Below, piece by piece: positions 19,678 through 31,762 of a DNA stretch of 64,000 bases. The stretch's first letter is position 1. Each line of letters begins with the position of its first letter. Under the pieces are notes generated by a model that was not told the origin of the DNA, did no database searches, and saw only the letters and a program-made list of their open reading frames with translations. Origin of the DNA: Acidimicrobiia bacterium. Lineage in GTDB: Bacteria; Actinomycetota; Acidimicrobiia; IMCC26256; DASPTH01. The stretch spans positions 172-64,171 of the forward strand of contig DASXXX010000053.1 in assembly GCA_036502765.1 (NCBI GenBank). The letters are read 5' to 3'. Made by a program: the position numbers and the translations under genes.

Positions 19678-19840
19678 CCCCGAGACACTAGGCAGGAGTT
19701 CGCGCGAGTCCACGAAGCATTCGGCAAACTCGTGAACGTCCGCTGCCCGAATGCATCACAAACGGCAGCGCGACGCGGCGACCGAACCAAGGATGAAGAT
19801 GGACGTGGACACACCGCGACCTACCTCGAACATGGCCTGC

Positions 19841-20635
19841 CTACGCGGTGACGTCACGACGCGCGAAGAGCGTGCAGGCGACGACCGCGGCGACGACGAC
19901 ATAGATCGAAGTGACGATGACGGCGTGCGCGACCGACACGTCGGACGTGCCGCCGGCCGCGAACGCTTCCAGGCCCAGGCCGGGGAACACGCGGCCGGCG
20001 CCGGACCAACTGTTCTGCACGATGTGCTCGAAGGGCCCGAACCAGGCAATGCCCACTGCGAGTGCGACGGTGACCGATCGGAGCACGACGGCGAGCGCCG
20101 TGCCCAAGAGCGCGTATCCGGTCACCCACAGGAGCACCGCGCCGTAGTCGGTGACCGCAGAGCCCAGCGCGTCGAGACCGGTCCACGCAGACGTGTCGAT
20201 CCCCGCGCCGGGAGCGAGCAACCGCGCGGTGAGCCACGCCACGACCTCGATCCCGGCGAGCGTCACGGCCGCGTAGGTGAGCAGCGCCACCACCTTGCCG
20301 GCCAGCAGCTGGATGCGGCGCGGTTGGCGCAGCAGCATCGTACGCATGGTGCCGCGAGAGAACTCGACCGCGGTCCAACCGACGAACACGACGAGCACGA
20401 AGAAGCCGGCGAACGCGATCGCGCTCCGGAAGATCTGCGTGCCGCCACCCGCGTCGGCGAGGGCCTCGATGCTGAGCGCACGGCTCGCACCGCGGCTCAG
20501 CGTCGAAGCGGGTTCGGCGGCATTCACGACGATCGCCGATGCGCCGACGCCGAAGACGACTGCGGCGATGGCGGTGATGAGCAGGACCTTGCGGCGCAGC
20601 AGCTTGGTCAGCTCGGCGTGGTAGGCGCGCATCAT
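19841..20635 (-). CDS. ABC-2 family transporter permease
   Basis: Last 264 codons of ORF 19841..21292 (MMRAYHAELTKLLRRKVLLITAIAAVVFG...). Multiple TM spans. Start overlaps the stop of the upstream ATPase gene. Confidence 0.75.
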   Translation of the reverse strand: MMRAYHAELTKLLRRKVLLITAIAAVVFGVGASAIVVNAAEPASTLSRGASRALSIEALADAGGGTQIFRSAIAFAGFFVLVVFVGWTAVEFSRGTMRTMLLRQPRRIQLLAGKVVALLTYAAVTLAGIEVVAWLTARLLAPGAGIDTSAWTGLDALGSAVTDYGAVLLWVTGYALLGTALAVVLRSVTVALAVGIAWFGPFEHIVQNSWSGAGRVFPGLGLEAFAAGGTSDVSVAHAVIVTSIYVVVAAVVACTLFARRDVTA

Positions 20636-21585
20636 CGGGACACTCCTTCCAGGAGCTCGAGGTAGCTGGATTCGAGGGTGGGTCGTCGGACATGGACCTC
20701 GGAGAGGACGATGCCGGCCGACGCGGCGTGCCGATTGAGCTGTTCGGCGAGCTCGTCGGGGTCGCGTCCGTCGGGGGTGACGATGAGCACGTCGTCTTCC
20801 CGGCCGACTTCCAAGCCGTGGGCGGCGACGATGTCGGCCAGCGGCAGGAGGCTCGCGACACGACGGCAACCCAGCACGATCTCGACGCTCGCCCGAGCCG
20901 CGAAGCCGGCGGCGTCGCCGGAGTAGACGAGGTGACCGTGGTCGATGACGAGCAACCAGTCGGACACCTGCTCGAGCTCGCTGAGGATGTGCGAGGAGAC
21001 CAGGATCGTCCGATCGGCGCGGGTCAACGCGCGGATGAGGTCCCGCATCTCGGTGATCCCGACCGGGTCGAGGCCGTTGGTGGGTTCGTCGAGCACCAGC
21101 AGCCGCGGTTCCCCGAGCAGCGCGGCGCCGATGGCGAGGCGCTGCTTCATCCCGAACGAGTAGGTGCCGAAGCGGTCCTGTCCCCGCCCGGTGAGCCCCA
21201 CCTGTTCGAGCACGTCGCCGACCGTTCGGGTCTCGCCTCCGCTCAGGCGCGCGATGAGCTCGAGGTTCTCGATCCCGGTGAGCCCCGGCCACAGCGCAGG
21301 TCCCTCGACGAGCGCGCCGACGCCACCGAGGTAGCGCTCAGGGTGCGCGATCGATTCGCCCAGGACGGTGGCGTGACCCGACGTCGGCCGGACGAGGCCG
21401 AGCAGCATCGCCATGGTCGTGGTCTTGCCCGCACCGTTCGGACCGATGAAGCCGGCCACGACGCCCGCGGGGACGTCGACAGTCAGATGGTCGACCGCGA
21501 CATGGTCGCGGTAGCGCTTGGTGAGCTGATCGAGCTGGAGAACGGGAGCTGTGCTCTTCGTCGCAGCGGTCGTCGTCGTTGTCAT
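20632..21585 (-). CDS. ABC transporter ATP-binding protein
   Basis: Walker A GPNGAGKTT, signature SFGMKQRL, Walker B LLVLDEPTNGLD. Start uncertain (21585 or 21609). Confidence 0.9.
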   Translation of the reverse strand: MTTTTTAATKSTAPVLQLDQLTKRYRDHVAVDHLTVDVPAGVVAGFIGPNGAGKTTTMAMLLGLVRPTSGHATVLGESIAHPERYLGGVGALVEGPALWPGLTGIENLELIARLSGGETRTVGDVLEQVGLTGRGQDRFGTYSFGMKQRLAIGAALLGEPRLLVLDEPTNGLDPVGITEMRDLIRALTRADRTILVSSHILSELEQVSDWLLVIDHGHLVYSGDAAGFAARASVEIVLGCRRVASLLPLADIVAAHGLEVGREDDVLIVTPDGRDPDELAEQLNRHAASAGIVLSEVHVRRPTLESSYLELLEGVSR

Positions 21586-21643
21586 GGCACCATCGTGCGA
21601 TGACAGCACGCTGGTGTCGTCGGCCGTGCGACGACAATTGTCG

Positions 21644-22327
21644 CTACGTCGCCAGTCGTACGAGACCCGACTGATACGCGAACACCACGAGCTGCGCGCG
21701 GTCGCGCGCGTGCAGCTTGACCATCGCCCGGCTCACGTGTGTGCGCGCGGTCGCCGGACTGACGACGAGCTCACCCGCGATCTCGTCGTTGGTGAGGCCC
21801 TGCGCGACCAGCACCACGACCTCGCGCTCGCGATCGGTGAGGACCTCCATCTCGCGGGGTGTGCGCTCCGGCCGGGTCGGCCGGCTGGTGAACTCCCCGA
21901 TGAGACGCCGCGTCACACTCGGCGAGAGGAGCGCCTCACCGGCCGCGACCTCGCGCACGGCGCGGACCAGGTCGGCGGGTTGTGTGTGCTTCACCAGGAA
22001 GCCGCTGGCACCCAGACGCAGCGCCTCGAACACGTACTCGTCGAGCTCGAACGTGGTCAACACCAGCACCTTCACGTCGTCGAGCATCGAGTCCTCGTTG
22101 ATGCGCGCCAGCGCCTCGAGCCCGTCGAGCACCGGCATGCGGACGTCCATCAGCACCACGTCGGGCACCGTCGCACGCACGAGCTCCAACGCGACTTCGC
22201 CGTCGCTGGCCTCCCCCACCACCTCGATGTCGTCCTCGACGTCGAGCAGCATCCGGAACCCGGCGCGCACGAGCGGCTGATCGTCGACGAGGACCACTCG
22301 GATCACTCGGATCACGTCGTCGACCAC
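21644..22327 (-). CDS. NarL/LuxR-family two-component response regulator
   Basis: Receiver domain (VVLVDDQPLVRAG...DVVLMDVRMPVLDG) plus a C-terminal LuxR HTH (LTDREREVVVLVAQGLTNDEIAGELVVSPATARTHV). Confidence 0.9.
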   Translation of the reverse strand: MVDDVIRVIRVVLVDDQPLVRAGFRMLLDVEDDIEVVGEASDGEVALELVRATVPDVVLMDVRMPVLDGLEALARINEDSMLDDVKVLVLTTFELDEYVFEALRLGASGFLVKHTQPADLVRAVREVAAGEALLSPSVTRRLIGEFTSRPTRPERTPREMEVLTDREREVVVLVAQGLTNDEIAGELVVSPATARTHVSRAMVKLHARDRAQLVVFAYQSGLVRLAT

Positions 22328-23499
22328 GTTGCCACCACCCGATAGCCGCCGTCGGCGCGCGGCCCGGCTTCGACGACCCCGCCGGTCGCCTCGGCTCGTT
22401 CGCGCATCCCACGAAGACCCACCCCCGAGCCCTGCACGACGTGGCCCTCGACGTCGGGCCGGGTCAAGTGGCCGTCGTTCCGCACCTCGAGCCGGAAGCT
22501 GCGGTCCGCATCGCGACAGAGCTCGACATGGGTCGCGGCGCCCGGCGCATGGCGCATCACGTTCGTGAGCGATTCCTGGACGATCCGGTAGACGGCGGTG
22601 CCCACGGGCGCGCCGACGGCGTCGACCGGTCCGGCGGTCGTCAAGGTCACCGGCAGGTGTGCTGCGTTGGCGGCCTCGACGAGTTCGCCCAGTTGGGGAA
22701 GTCCGGGCGTGGGCGCGCGCGACAACCCCTCTTCGTCGCGGAGGACCCGCACCATGGCGGCCAGCTCCTCGAGGACCTCCCGGCTCGCGTCCTGGATCGC
22801 GTCGAGCGCCGGCTTCACCGCCTCGGGACGACGTTCGAGCACGTGGGCCGCGACTCCGGCCTGCACGTTGATCGTGGCCATCGCGTGCGCCACGCTGTCG
22901 TGCAGGTCACGGGCGATCCGGAGCCGTTCCTCCGCGACCCTGCGGCGACCTTCCTCTTCGCGGGTCTGCTCCAACGAGTGGTTCCGCTCCTCCAACTCCC
23001 GGAGGTAGCTCCGCCGGTTGCGCAACGCGTCACCGAGGAACACCGCCGCGGCGGACCACCCGAGGAACACGAGGTGCAGGATCGGCGCGTCACCGCGCAC
23101 GAGCAGGCTCGTCGCGCTCAGCACCACGCAGAGCACGGCCGCGCCGAGGAGGCCGGTGCGGCGATCGGTGCGCCAGCTCAAGCTGAAGAGGGCGACCCAG
23201 CCCACCACGTAGATCGGACCGCCCGCATACTCCCCGACGATGTACGCCCCCAGCACTCCGGTCACGACGACCAGCGTGGTCCGCGGCCACCGGCGACACG
23301 TCCCGATCGAGATGCCGGCGACCACCAGCAGGAAGTACGCGAAGCCATCGAGCGAGACCTCGTCGCCCGTGACCGCTATGTGACCGGTCGCCAAGATCAG
23401 GAAGGCGGTGGTGAGGCCGGCGGCGACCACGTCGGCCACCCATCCTCCGGCCCGGCCGGAGCGCGCACCGAACGACGATGCCGAGTCCATGGTCGCCAC
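22312..23499 (-). CDS. sensor histidine kinase (HisKA_3 / DesK-LiaS type)
   Basis: N-terminal TM helices, H-box RIARDLHDSVAH, C-terminal HATPase (GSGVGLRGMRERA). Overlaps the response-regulator gene by 16 nt. Confidence 0.85.
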   Translation of the reverse strand: MATMDSASSFGARSGRAGGWVADVVAAGLTTAFLILATGHIAVTGDEVSLDGFAYFLLVVAGISIGTCRRWPRTTLVVVTGVLGAYIVGEYAGGPIYVVGWVALFSLSWRTDRRTGLLGAAVLCVVLSATSLLVRGDAPILHLVFLGWSAAAVFLGDALRNRRSYLRELEERNHSLEQTREEEGRRRVAEERLRIARDLHDSVAHAMATINVQAGVAAHVLERRPEAVKPALDAIQDASREVLEELAAMVRVLRDEEGLSRAPTPGLPQLGELVEAANAAHLPVTLTTAGPVDAVGAPVGTAVYRIVQESLTNVMRHAPGAATHVELCRDADRSFRLEVRNDGHLTRPDVEGHVVQGSGVGLRGMRERAEATGGVVEAGPRADGGYRVVATWSTT

Positions 23500-23759
23500 G
23501 CTACGGCGACGACGAAGAAGAAGAATCAGCCCACCGTCGTATTCGACGCGTACGCACCGGGTCGTACGAAAGCGACTTCACGACCCGGTCGACGCCAACC
23601 CAGGGATCTGGGACCGAAGCCCACCCGCACGCGCGATCCCGGCAGGTCGCCGACCCGTGGGCGACCGAGCACCCAGAACTTGGCTGTCGATGGACCAAGC
23701 GAGATGATGCGAGGATTCTGCGCCGGCGCGCAATTTCGACGAACGACTGGAGAGAGACG

Positions 23760-24941
23760 ATGGCGAAGATCCTCTGTGTTCTCTACGACGATCCGGTCGA
23801 CGGTTACCCGACGGAGTACGCAAGGGACGGCGTCCCTGCGATCGACCACTATCCCGGTGGTCAGACGGTGCCGTCGCCGAAGGCCATCGACTTCACGCCG
23901 GGAGAGCTGCTCGGGAGTCTGTCGGGTGAGCTGGGACTGCGTCCCTATCTCGAGTCACTCGGGCACACCTTCGTCGTGACCTCGGACAAGGAGGGACCGG
24001 ACTCCGTGTTCGCGCGTGAGCTGCCGGATGCCGAGGTCGTGATCTCACAACCGTTCTGGCCGGCGTACCTGACCGCGGAACGGATCGCCGCGGCGCCGAA
24101 GCTCAAGCTGGCGATCACCGCGGGAATCGGTTCGGACCATGTGGACCTGCAGGCGGCGATCGATCACGCGGTCACCGTGGCCGAGGTCACCTACTCGAAC
24201 AGCATCAGCGTGTCCGAGCACGTCGTGATGATGATCCTGTCGTTGGTGCGCAACTACATCCCGTCGTACGAGTGGGTCGTCAAGGGCGGATGGAACATCG
24301 CCGACTGCGTGCAGCGGTCCTACGACCTCGAGGGCATGACCGTCGGAACCGTTGCCGCCGGTCGCATCGGGCTCGCGGTGCTGCGTCGGCTGCACCCGTT
24401 CGACGTGAAGCTGCACTACACCGACCGCCATCGGCTCGACGAGAGCGTGGAGCGCGAGCTCGGCCTCACGTACCACCCGACCGCCGAGTCGATGGTGGAA
24501 GTCTGCGACGTCGTCACGATCAATGCGCCTTTGCACCCGGAAACCGAAGGGCTGTTCGACGCCCGCCTCCTCTCGAAGATGAAGCGCGGCGCATATCTCA
24601 TCAACACCGCACGCGGCAAGATCTGCGATCGCGACGCGATCGTCGACGCGCTCGAGCGCGGCCAGCTCGCGGGCTACGCGGGCGACGTGTGGTTCCCGCA
24701 GCCGGCGCCCACCGATCACCCGTGGCGGACGATGCCGCATCACGGGATGACGCCGCACATCTCGGGATCGTCGCTGTCCGCCCAGGCGCGCTACGCGGCG
24801 GGCACGCGCGAGATACTCGAGTGCCACTTCGAAGGACGACCGATCCGTGACGAGTACCTCATCGTCGACGGTGGCCACCTGGCGGGCACGGGTGCGCAGT
24901 CGTACACCGCCGGCAACGCGACCGCCGGATCGGAGAACTAG
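23760..24941 (+). CDS. fdh: NAD-dependent formate dehydrogenase
   Basis: MAKILCVLYDDPVDGYP..., ITAGIGSDHVDL, VGTVAAGRIGLAVLRRL and PQPAPxDHPWR are near-identical to hallmark motifs of Pseudomonas sp. 101 / Mycobacterium vaccae-type FDH. GGAGAGAGACG lies upstream of the ATG. Confidence 0.92.
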   Translation: MAKILCVLYDDPVDGYPTEYARDGVPAIDHYPGGQTVPSPKAIDFTPGELLGSLSGELGLRPYLESLGHTFVVTSDKEGPDSVFARELPDAEVVISQPFWPAYLTAERIAAAPKLKLAITAGIGSDHVDLQAAIDHAVTVAEVTYSNSISVSEHVVMMILSLVRNYIPSYEWVVKGGWNIADCVQRSYDLEGMTVGTVAAGRIGLAVLRRLHPFDVKLHYTDRHRLDESVERELGLTYHPTAESMVEVCDVVTINAPLHPETEGLFDARLLSKMKRGAYLINTARGKICDRDAIVDALERGQLAGYAGDVWFPQPAPTDHPWRTMPHHGMTPHISGSSLSAQARYAAGTREILECHFEGRPIRDEYLIVDGGHLAGTGAQSYTAGNATAGSEN

Positions 24942-26892
<1,951 letters not shown>

Positions 26893-27008
26893 GACGGTGT
26901 TCCTCTCCATCGTCCGGAACGGCCAACCCCATTGAGGCTCGCGCATGAGAGAAGGCAACGACGAACGTCCCGCGGCACGTCCGCTAGGTTCTCAGTTCGA
27001 AGCAGGCG

Positions 27009-27944
27009 GTGAGCATGCTGATGCACCGTGACCTTTGGCCGGCGTTGCCGTACGACGCCTGGAGCAGCACCTGCGACACGCTGCACGCGCACACGCAGGT
27101 TCTGGGCAAGCTCGCAGTAGCGCTCGCCGTCCCCGAGCCCCAGTTGCAGCACGCCGCGCTGCATCTCACTGCCCGTGGTTGGGAAACTCCGGCCCTCCCG
27201 GCACCGGACCGCTCTGGTGTCCTCGTCGTGGCGTTGGATCTCCACCGTCACCAGGCGGTCGTCGAGCACAGCGATGGCCGCACCCGCTCCGTCGCGTTGA
27301 CCCCGGATCGGCCCGTCGCGAACGTGACGCGTGCACTCTTGGCCGTGGTCGAAGACCTCACGGGGACGGTCTCGATCAACACCACGCCTCAGGAGACCGG
27401 GTGGACGACTCCGCTCGATGAGGACATCGAGCACGCCACCTACGATCCAGCACAGGTCGAGACGTACTTCTCGGCCGCGACGCAGGCCGCGCTCGTCCTG
27501 GCTGCGATACGCGCGCCGTATCGAGGGCGTTCCTCGCCTGTGAATGCTTGGTGGGGAACGTTCGACCTTGCCGTCAGCCTCTTCTCGGGGCGGTCGGTGG
27601 ACCCGCCGTCGACCGGCTACATCACGCGCAACGCCGCGAATGCCGAACAGATCGAGATCGGGTGGTGGCCCGGCGACGAGCGCCACCCAACGCCTGCCTT
27701 CTATGCGTTCGCCTACCCGAGCCCGACGGGAGTCGAGCACGGCGACGTGTCACCCACGGCGGCGCATTGGGATGCAGCGCTCGGCGAGTACATCTTGGAC
27801 TGGGACGACGCGCGAGCGACCGAAGACCCACACGAGACTGCCGTCGAGTTCGGCCGCTCCGTGATCCGCCACGCTTGCGCCATTTCGGACTGGGATCCTG
27901 ATCTCGCCGCGAGCGCCGACGCCGTTCCCCCACCGCTGATCTGA
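27009..27944 (+). CDS. DUF5996-family protein
   Basis: 311 aa. WPALPYDAWSSTCDTLHAHTQVLGKL and WWGTFDLAVSLFSGR resemble conserved blocks of DUF5996 proteins. Confidence 0.65.
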   Translation: MSMLMHRDLWPALPYDAWSSTCDTLHAHTQVLGKLAVALAVPEPQLQHAALHLTARGWETPALPAPDRSGVLVVALDLHRHQAVVEHSDGRTRSVALTPDRPVANVTRALLAVVEDLTGTVSINTTPQETGWTTPLDEDIEHATYDPAQVETYFSAATQAALVLAAIRAPYRGRSSPVNAWWGTFDLAVSLFSGRSVDPPSTGYITRNAANAEQIEIGWWPGDERHPTPAFYAFAYPSPTGVEHGDVSPTAAHWDAALGEYILDWDDARATEDPHETAVEFGRSVIRHACAISDWDPDLAASADAVPPPLI

Positions 27945-28006
27945 CCAGCGCACGTTCGGCGCGGCACACACCAACGTGTTCGACGGGAGCCCGAGGCTCT
28001 GCATCG

Positions 28007-28363
28007 CTATCCCGCGATGAGATCGAACTCGTTGCCTTCGATGTCACGAAATGTCGTCCAGCGCGCTCCGCTCTGCTCGAGGTCGCGGACCTTCCGCGCG
28101 CCAAGCCCGAGGAGTCGCTCAGTCTCGACGTCGAACTCCGTGGTGATGAGATCGATGTGAAGTCGGTTCTTCACTGTCTTCGTCTCGGGTACCTGGTGGA
28201 ACGCGAGCCGAGGCCCATGGGCAACGGCGTCGTCGACGAGGACGACCGCGTGCTCTCGCGTCGGGTCGTCGGCTACCTGGCGTCCGAGGACCTCGGCCCA
28301 GAACGTCGCGAGCGCGCCGGCGTCGACGCAATCGATGGCGACGCCGAAGAAGGTGTTGGTCAT
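28007..28363 (-). CDS. VOC-family (glyoxalase-like domain) protein
   Basis: 118 aa. FGVAIDCVDAGALATFWAEVLG...KNRLHIDL...DIEGNEFDL is the glyoxalase-like domain pattern. Confidence 0.75.
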   Translation of the reverse strand: MTNTFFGVAIDCVDAGALATFWAEVLGRQVADDPTREHAVVLVDDAVAHGPRLAFHQVPETKTVKNRLHIDLITTEFDVETERLLGLGARKVRDLEQSGARWTTFRDIEGNEFDLIAG

Positions 28364-28423
28364 TTGGGGCGTTCCTTCAATGGTGATGCTCCTGCTGCTT
28401 CTCGTGGCGGTACGCCGAGACGC

Positions 28424-29158
28424 TCAGATGGCGGTACGTCCACCGTCGACGGGGATCACCGCGCCGGTGAGGTAGCTCGCATTGTCCGACGCGACGAAGG
28501 CCACGACGTCGGCGATCTCCTCCACTTGCGCGGCGCGCCCCAGCAAGGTGGTGTTGCCGAGCCGCTCGATTGCGTCGGCGCGTGCTGCGTTGGTGTAGAC
28601 GGGCCCGGGGGCGACGGTGTTGACGCGCACTCCCGCCGGACTGAACTCGGCAGCCCAGGCGCGTGACAGGGCGCTGAGCGCGGCTTTGGTTGCACCGTAC
28701 GCGGCGCCGCCCGACAGCCCGACATGCCCCGCCATCGAGTCGATGCTCACGATGCTTCCGTGTCCCCGTGACGCCATCGCGGGAGCGATCGCCGCGACCA
28801 GCTGGTAGGCCGATCGGACATTGCTCGCAAAGAGCTCGTCGAAGGTGTCGACATCGAGGTCGGCTGTGGGACCGAACCACGAGAAGCCTCCGTTGTTGAC
28901 GAGGACATCCACGGTGCCGACTTCCTTGGCGAGTTCAGTCACGTCGTCGGCGTCGGCGAGGTCGGCCGCCATGAATCGGGCGTGCCCGCCCGCCTCTTCG
29001 ATGGCGCGCACGGTTGCCGCACCGCGCTCTGCGTCGCGGCCGTGGACGATCACGTCGAAGCCGTCACTCGCCAGCTTCAGGGCCACGGCCCGTCCGATTC
29101 CCGACGTTGCTCCCGTGACGAGAGCGACCGGGGTTGCCGCTGGTGTCTGCGCGTTCAT
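28424..29158 (-). CDS. SDR-family oxidoreductase
   Basis: Internal Met preceded by GAGGAGTCGTC. TGATSGIGRA (TGxxxGIG), NNGG, YGATKAAL (YxxxK). Confidence 0.9.
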   Translation of the reverse strand: MNAQTPAATPVALVTGATSGIGRAVALKLASDGFDVIVHGRDAERGAATVRAIEEAGGHARFMAADLADADDVTELAKEVGTVDVLVNNGGFSWFGPTADLDVDTFDELFASNVRSAYQLVAAIAPAMASRGHGSIVSIDSMAGHVGLSGGAAYGATKAALSALSRAWAAEFSPAGVRVNTVAPGPVYTNAARADAIERLGNTTLLGRAAQVEEIADVVAFVASDNASYLTGAVIPVDGGRTAI

Positions 29159-29294
29159 GACGACTCCTCGCGTCGAGAGCGACCTGACCCTGGTTGTCCG
29201 GGGATCCGTTCCTGCACGCATGTTGCAGAGGTATGACCAAGGCCAGGGTAAAGGCCTGCGTGCTCCTCGAAAATGACCTTGTAGGCTTCGCTAC

Positions 29295-29309
29295 ATACCT
29301 GACAGGCAT
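29295..29309. promoter_or_regulatory. candidate LysR T-N11-A box (ATACCTGACAGGCAT)
   Basis: T-N11-A spacing with an internal dyad CCTG-A-CAGG, in the divergent region between the SDR and LysR genes, immediately upstream of the canonical MELRHLRYL start. Confidence 0.3.
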
Positions 29310-29316
29310 GGACCCA

Positions 29317-30210
29317 ATGGAACTGCGACACCTTCGGTATCTCATCGCTGCTGCCGAGACGGGCAGCCTCACCGAGGCGGCCGAACGACGGCTCTACACG
29401 TCGCAGCCGTCGCTGAGCCGCCAGATCCGCGACCTCGAGTCGGAGGTCGGAGTCGAGCTGCTGTCGCGCAGTGTTCGAGGCGTCGAGCCGACCCTCGCGG
29501 GCAAGGCCTTTCTCGATCACGCCCGCCTCGCGTTGCTGCACGTCGATGCTGCGGTCGAAGCGGCCCGCCGCGCGGCGCAGCCGGAACGCAAGTCGTTCGC
29601 CATCGGTTTCCAGACCGGGCACGAGATGACCTGGTTGACGCCGGCGATGCAGCTCTTGCACGACGAGCTGACAGAGATCGAGGTGACGGTCTCGAGCGAC
29701 TACTCGCCGGACCTCGCCGAAGCACTCGCGCGCGGCCGGCTCGACCTGGCCTTCATGCGCATCGAGTCGGGCTATGACCTCGAATACCACGTGGTCGACC
29801 GGGAGCCGCTCATCGTCCTCATGCCGAGCGACCATCGCCTGACCGCGCATTCGTGCGTGAACCCGCAGGATGTCGTCGGCGAGGTCTTCATCGGCGGCTC
29901 GAACAAGGCCGCCGTGCTGCATGCGATCACGGAGGACTACTTCCGCCGCTCCGGGCTCGACATCGAACTCACTCACGGTGTCGACAACCTGGCGATGGCG
30001 ATGTCCCTCGTCGCATCCACCCGCGGGGTCGCGCTGCTGCCCGAGTACGCCAAGAACCTGCTGCCGCCCTCGGTCGTCAGCCGTCCGCTGCAAGGCGAGG
30101 CGCCAACGATCGAGATCGCCGTGGGCTACAGCAAGGCGAACCCGTCGCCGGTCCTCGAGTTGTTCGTGGCGCGGCTCGACGAATTGGTGCGCTTGAACCA
30201 GAGGGTGTGA
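29317..30210 (+). CDS. LysR-family transcriptional regulator
   Basis: MELRHLRYLIAAAETGSLTEAAERRLYTSQPSLSRQIRDLE is the canonical LysR HTH, followed by a substrate-binding domain. An alternative start at 29308 is possible. Confidence 0.9.
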   Translation: MELRHLRYLIAAAETGSLTEAAERRLYTSQPSLSRQIRDLESEVGVELLSRSVRGVEPTLAGKAFLDHARLALLHVDAAVEAARRAAQPERKSFAIGFQTGHEMTWLTPAMQLLHDELTEIEVTVSSDYSPDLAEALARGRLDLAFMRIESGYDLEYHVVDREPLIVLMPSDHRLTAHSCVNPQDVVGEVFIGGSNKAAVLHAITEDYFRRSGLDIELTHGVDNLAMAMSLVASTRGVALLPEYAKNLLPPSVVSRPLQGEAPTIEIAVGYSKANPSPVLELFVARLDELVRLNQRV

Positions 30211-30240
30211 ACGTCCCGCAGACCGACGGTCTTGCGCCCC

Positions 30241-31005
30241 TCAGGTTCGTTCAAAGAAGAGTTGGAACTCCATCTCTCCCTTGTTGTCGATCGAGGCCAC
30301 GGCCGGCACGGCCGGAGGCGTCATGTCGTAGTCGGCGAAGAGGACCGGGAGGCTTCCGACCACTTGGATGCGCTCACCATCCCAACGTCCTCGAAGCTCG
30401 ACCGTGACTCGTCTCGTGACGCCGTGCAGGGTGAATTTGCCCGTCGCTCGGGTCTTGATGGTTTCACCCGGTCGGGGCAGTTCGCGCAGCAGGATCGGGT
30501 CGGTCAACGTGAAGACGCCCGCCGGGTAGGTGTCTGATTCCAATCCGCTGCTCTTGATGGCAGAGTCGCGCAAGCTGTTGTCAGACTTGAGCTCCCTGAG
30601 GTCGGCAGTGACGTCAACGGCGCTGATGGTGGTGTCGTGAATCACCAAGGTTGCGGTGACGTCGTTGGTCCTGCCCGTCGTCTCTTGTTCAGCGATGGCG
30701 GCAGGGAGCTGCTCGGTGACGCGATACCCGACGAAGTTGTCAGCCCCTTCCGGCTGCACGCTCCACGTCCCGTCGAGGGTGCTGGTCGGCGAGTCGACGA
30801 CGGGCGTGCGGCGGATCGCGGCTCGCGGCGCGGCGTCGCTCTTCAAGAAGAAGAACCAACCCGCGACGCCGAGACCGATGCCGAGGACCACCACGAACAC
30901 GAGGCCGGCAACCACCCACCGCCAGATTCGACGCCTAGCTTCCTTGGGGGCTTCTTCGGGGCTGCTGGAGGATTCGTCCTTTGATCCGAGCATTAGTTGA
31001 TTCAT
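30241..31005 (-). CDS. YceI-family protein with N-terminal membrane anchor
   Basis: 254 aa. One TM helix (WVVAGLVFVVVLGIGLGVAGWFFF) followed by a YceI-like domain (SLRDSAIKSSGLESDTYP...GKFTLHGVTR). Confidence 0.8.
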   Translation of the reverse strand: MNQLMLGSKDESSSSPEEAPKEARRRIWRWVVAGLVFVVVLGIGLGVAGWFFFLKSDAAPRAAIRRTPVVDSPTSTLDGTWSVQPEGADNFVGYRVTEQLPAAIAEQETTGRTNDVTATLVIHDTTISAVDVTADLRELKSDNSLRDSAIKSSGLESDTYPAGVFTLTDPILLRELPRPGETIKTRATGKFTLHGVTRRVTVELRGRWDGERIQVVGSLPVLFADYDMTPPAVPAVASIDNKGEMEFQLFFERT

Positions 31006-31025
31006 ACGAGTTACACTAGGACGAT

Positions 31026-31664
31026 ATGGTGAAGCCTGTCAAGACGCGGTCGTACCAGTCACCGTTGCGAGAAGAGCAGGCGGCCCGGACCCGGGCGCGC
31101 ATTCTCGAAGCAGCCCGTCCGTTGTTCGAGCGGGACGGCTTCGCTCGTACCTCGGTGAAGGCGATCGCGACCGCCGCACACGTCGCGCCGGACACCGTCT
31201 ACGCGATCTTCGGGAACAAGTCCCGGATTCTCACCGACCTCATCGACCACGAGCTTGCGCCGTCAGAAGACGACCCCACCGTCACCGAACGGGCGGAGGC
31301 GCGCGCAGTGCGCGACGAGCTCGACCAACGGCAACAGATTCACCTCTTTGCGCGCGACATCGCCGCCGTCGTCGAGCGCGTGAGACCCATTCACGAGATC
31401 TTGCAGACCGCCGCTGTGGTCGACCCGAAGATGCAGGCCATCAGCTTGGAGATGGAGAACTACCGGCTCACCGAGATACGCAAAGTGGCGGCGTGGCTCG
31501 CACGTCGCGGACCACTCCGCGTCGACCCTGAACGCGCAGCCGAGATCATTTGGGCCCTCGCCAGCCCCAGCCTCAGCCGCATGCTCTGCGAAATCCAGCA
31601 ATGGAGCCTCGACCAATATTCGGCATGGCTCGAAGACACCCTCGTTCGCACGCTGCTCGACTGA
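31026..31664 (+). CDS. TetR-family transcriptional regulator
   Basis: 212 aa. ARILEAARPLFERDGFARTSVKAIATAAHVAPDTVYAIFGNK is the TetR_N HTH. Divergent from the YceI gene. Confidence 0.85.
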   Translation: MVKPVKTRSYQSPLREEQAARTRARILEAARPLFERDGFARTSVKAIATAAHVAPDTVYAIFGNKSRILTDLIDHELAPSEDDPTVTERAEARAVRDELDQRQQIHLFARDIAAVVERVRPIHEILQTAAVVDPKMQAISLEMENYRLTEIRKVAAWLARRGPLRVDPERAAEIIWALASPSLSRMLCEIQQWSLDQYSAWLEDTLVRTLLD

Positions 31665-31723
31665 GATGGCCCCGGCGTTCTCCCGCCCACCGACGCGCCC
31701 GGTAGCAGCCATTTGACAACGAC

Positions 31724-31752
31724 GAAGGCCCGGTCCAGTGGACCGGGCCTTC
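31724..31752. terminator. 13-bp-stem hairpin (GAAGGCCCGGTCC-AGT-GGACCGGGCCTTC)
   Basis: Perfect GC-rich inverted repeat between the TetR gene end and the displaced tRNA 3' fragment. Plausibly the native terminator of the tRNA before insertion, and bidirectional with the TetR gene. No clear U-tract. Confidence 0.45.
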
Positions 31753-31762
31753 GTGCTTCAGA

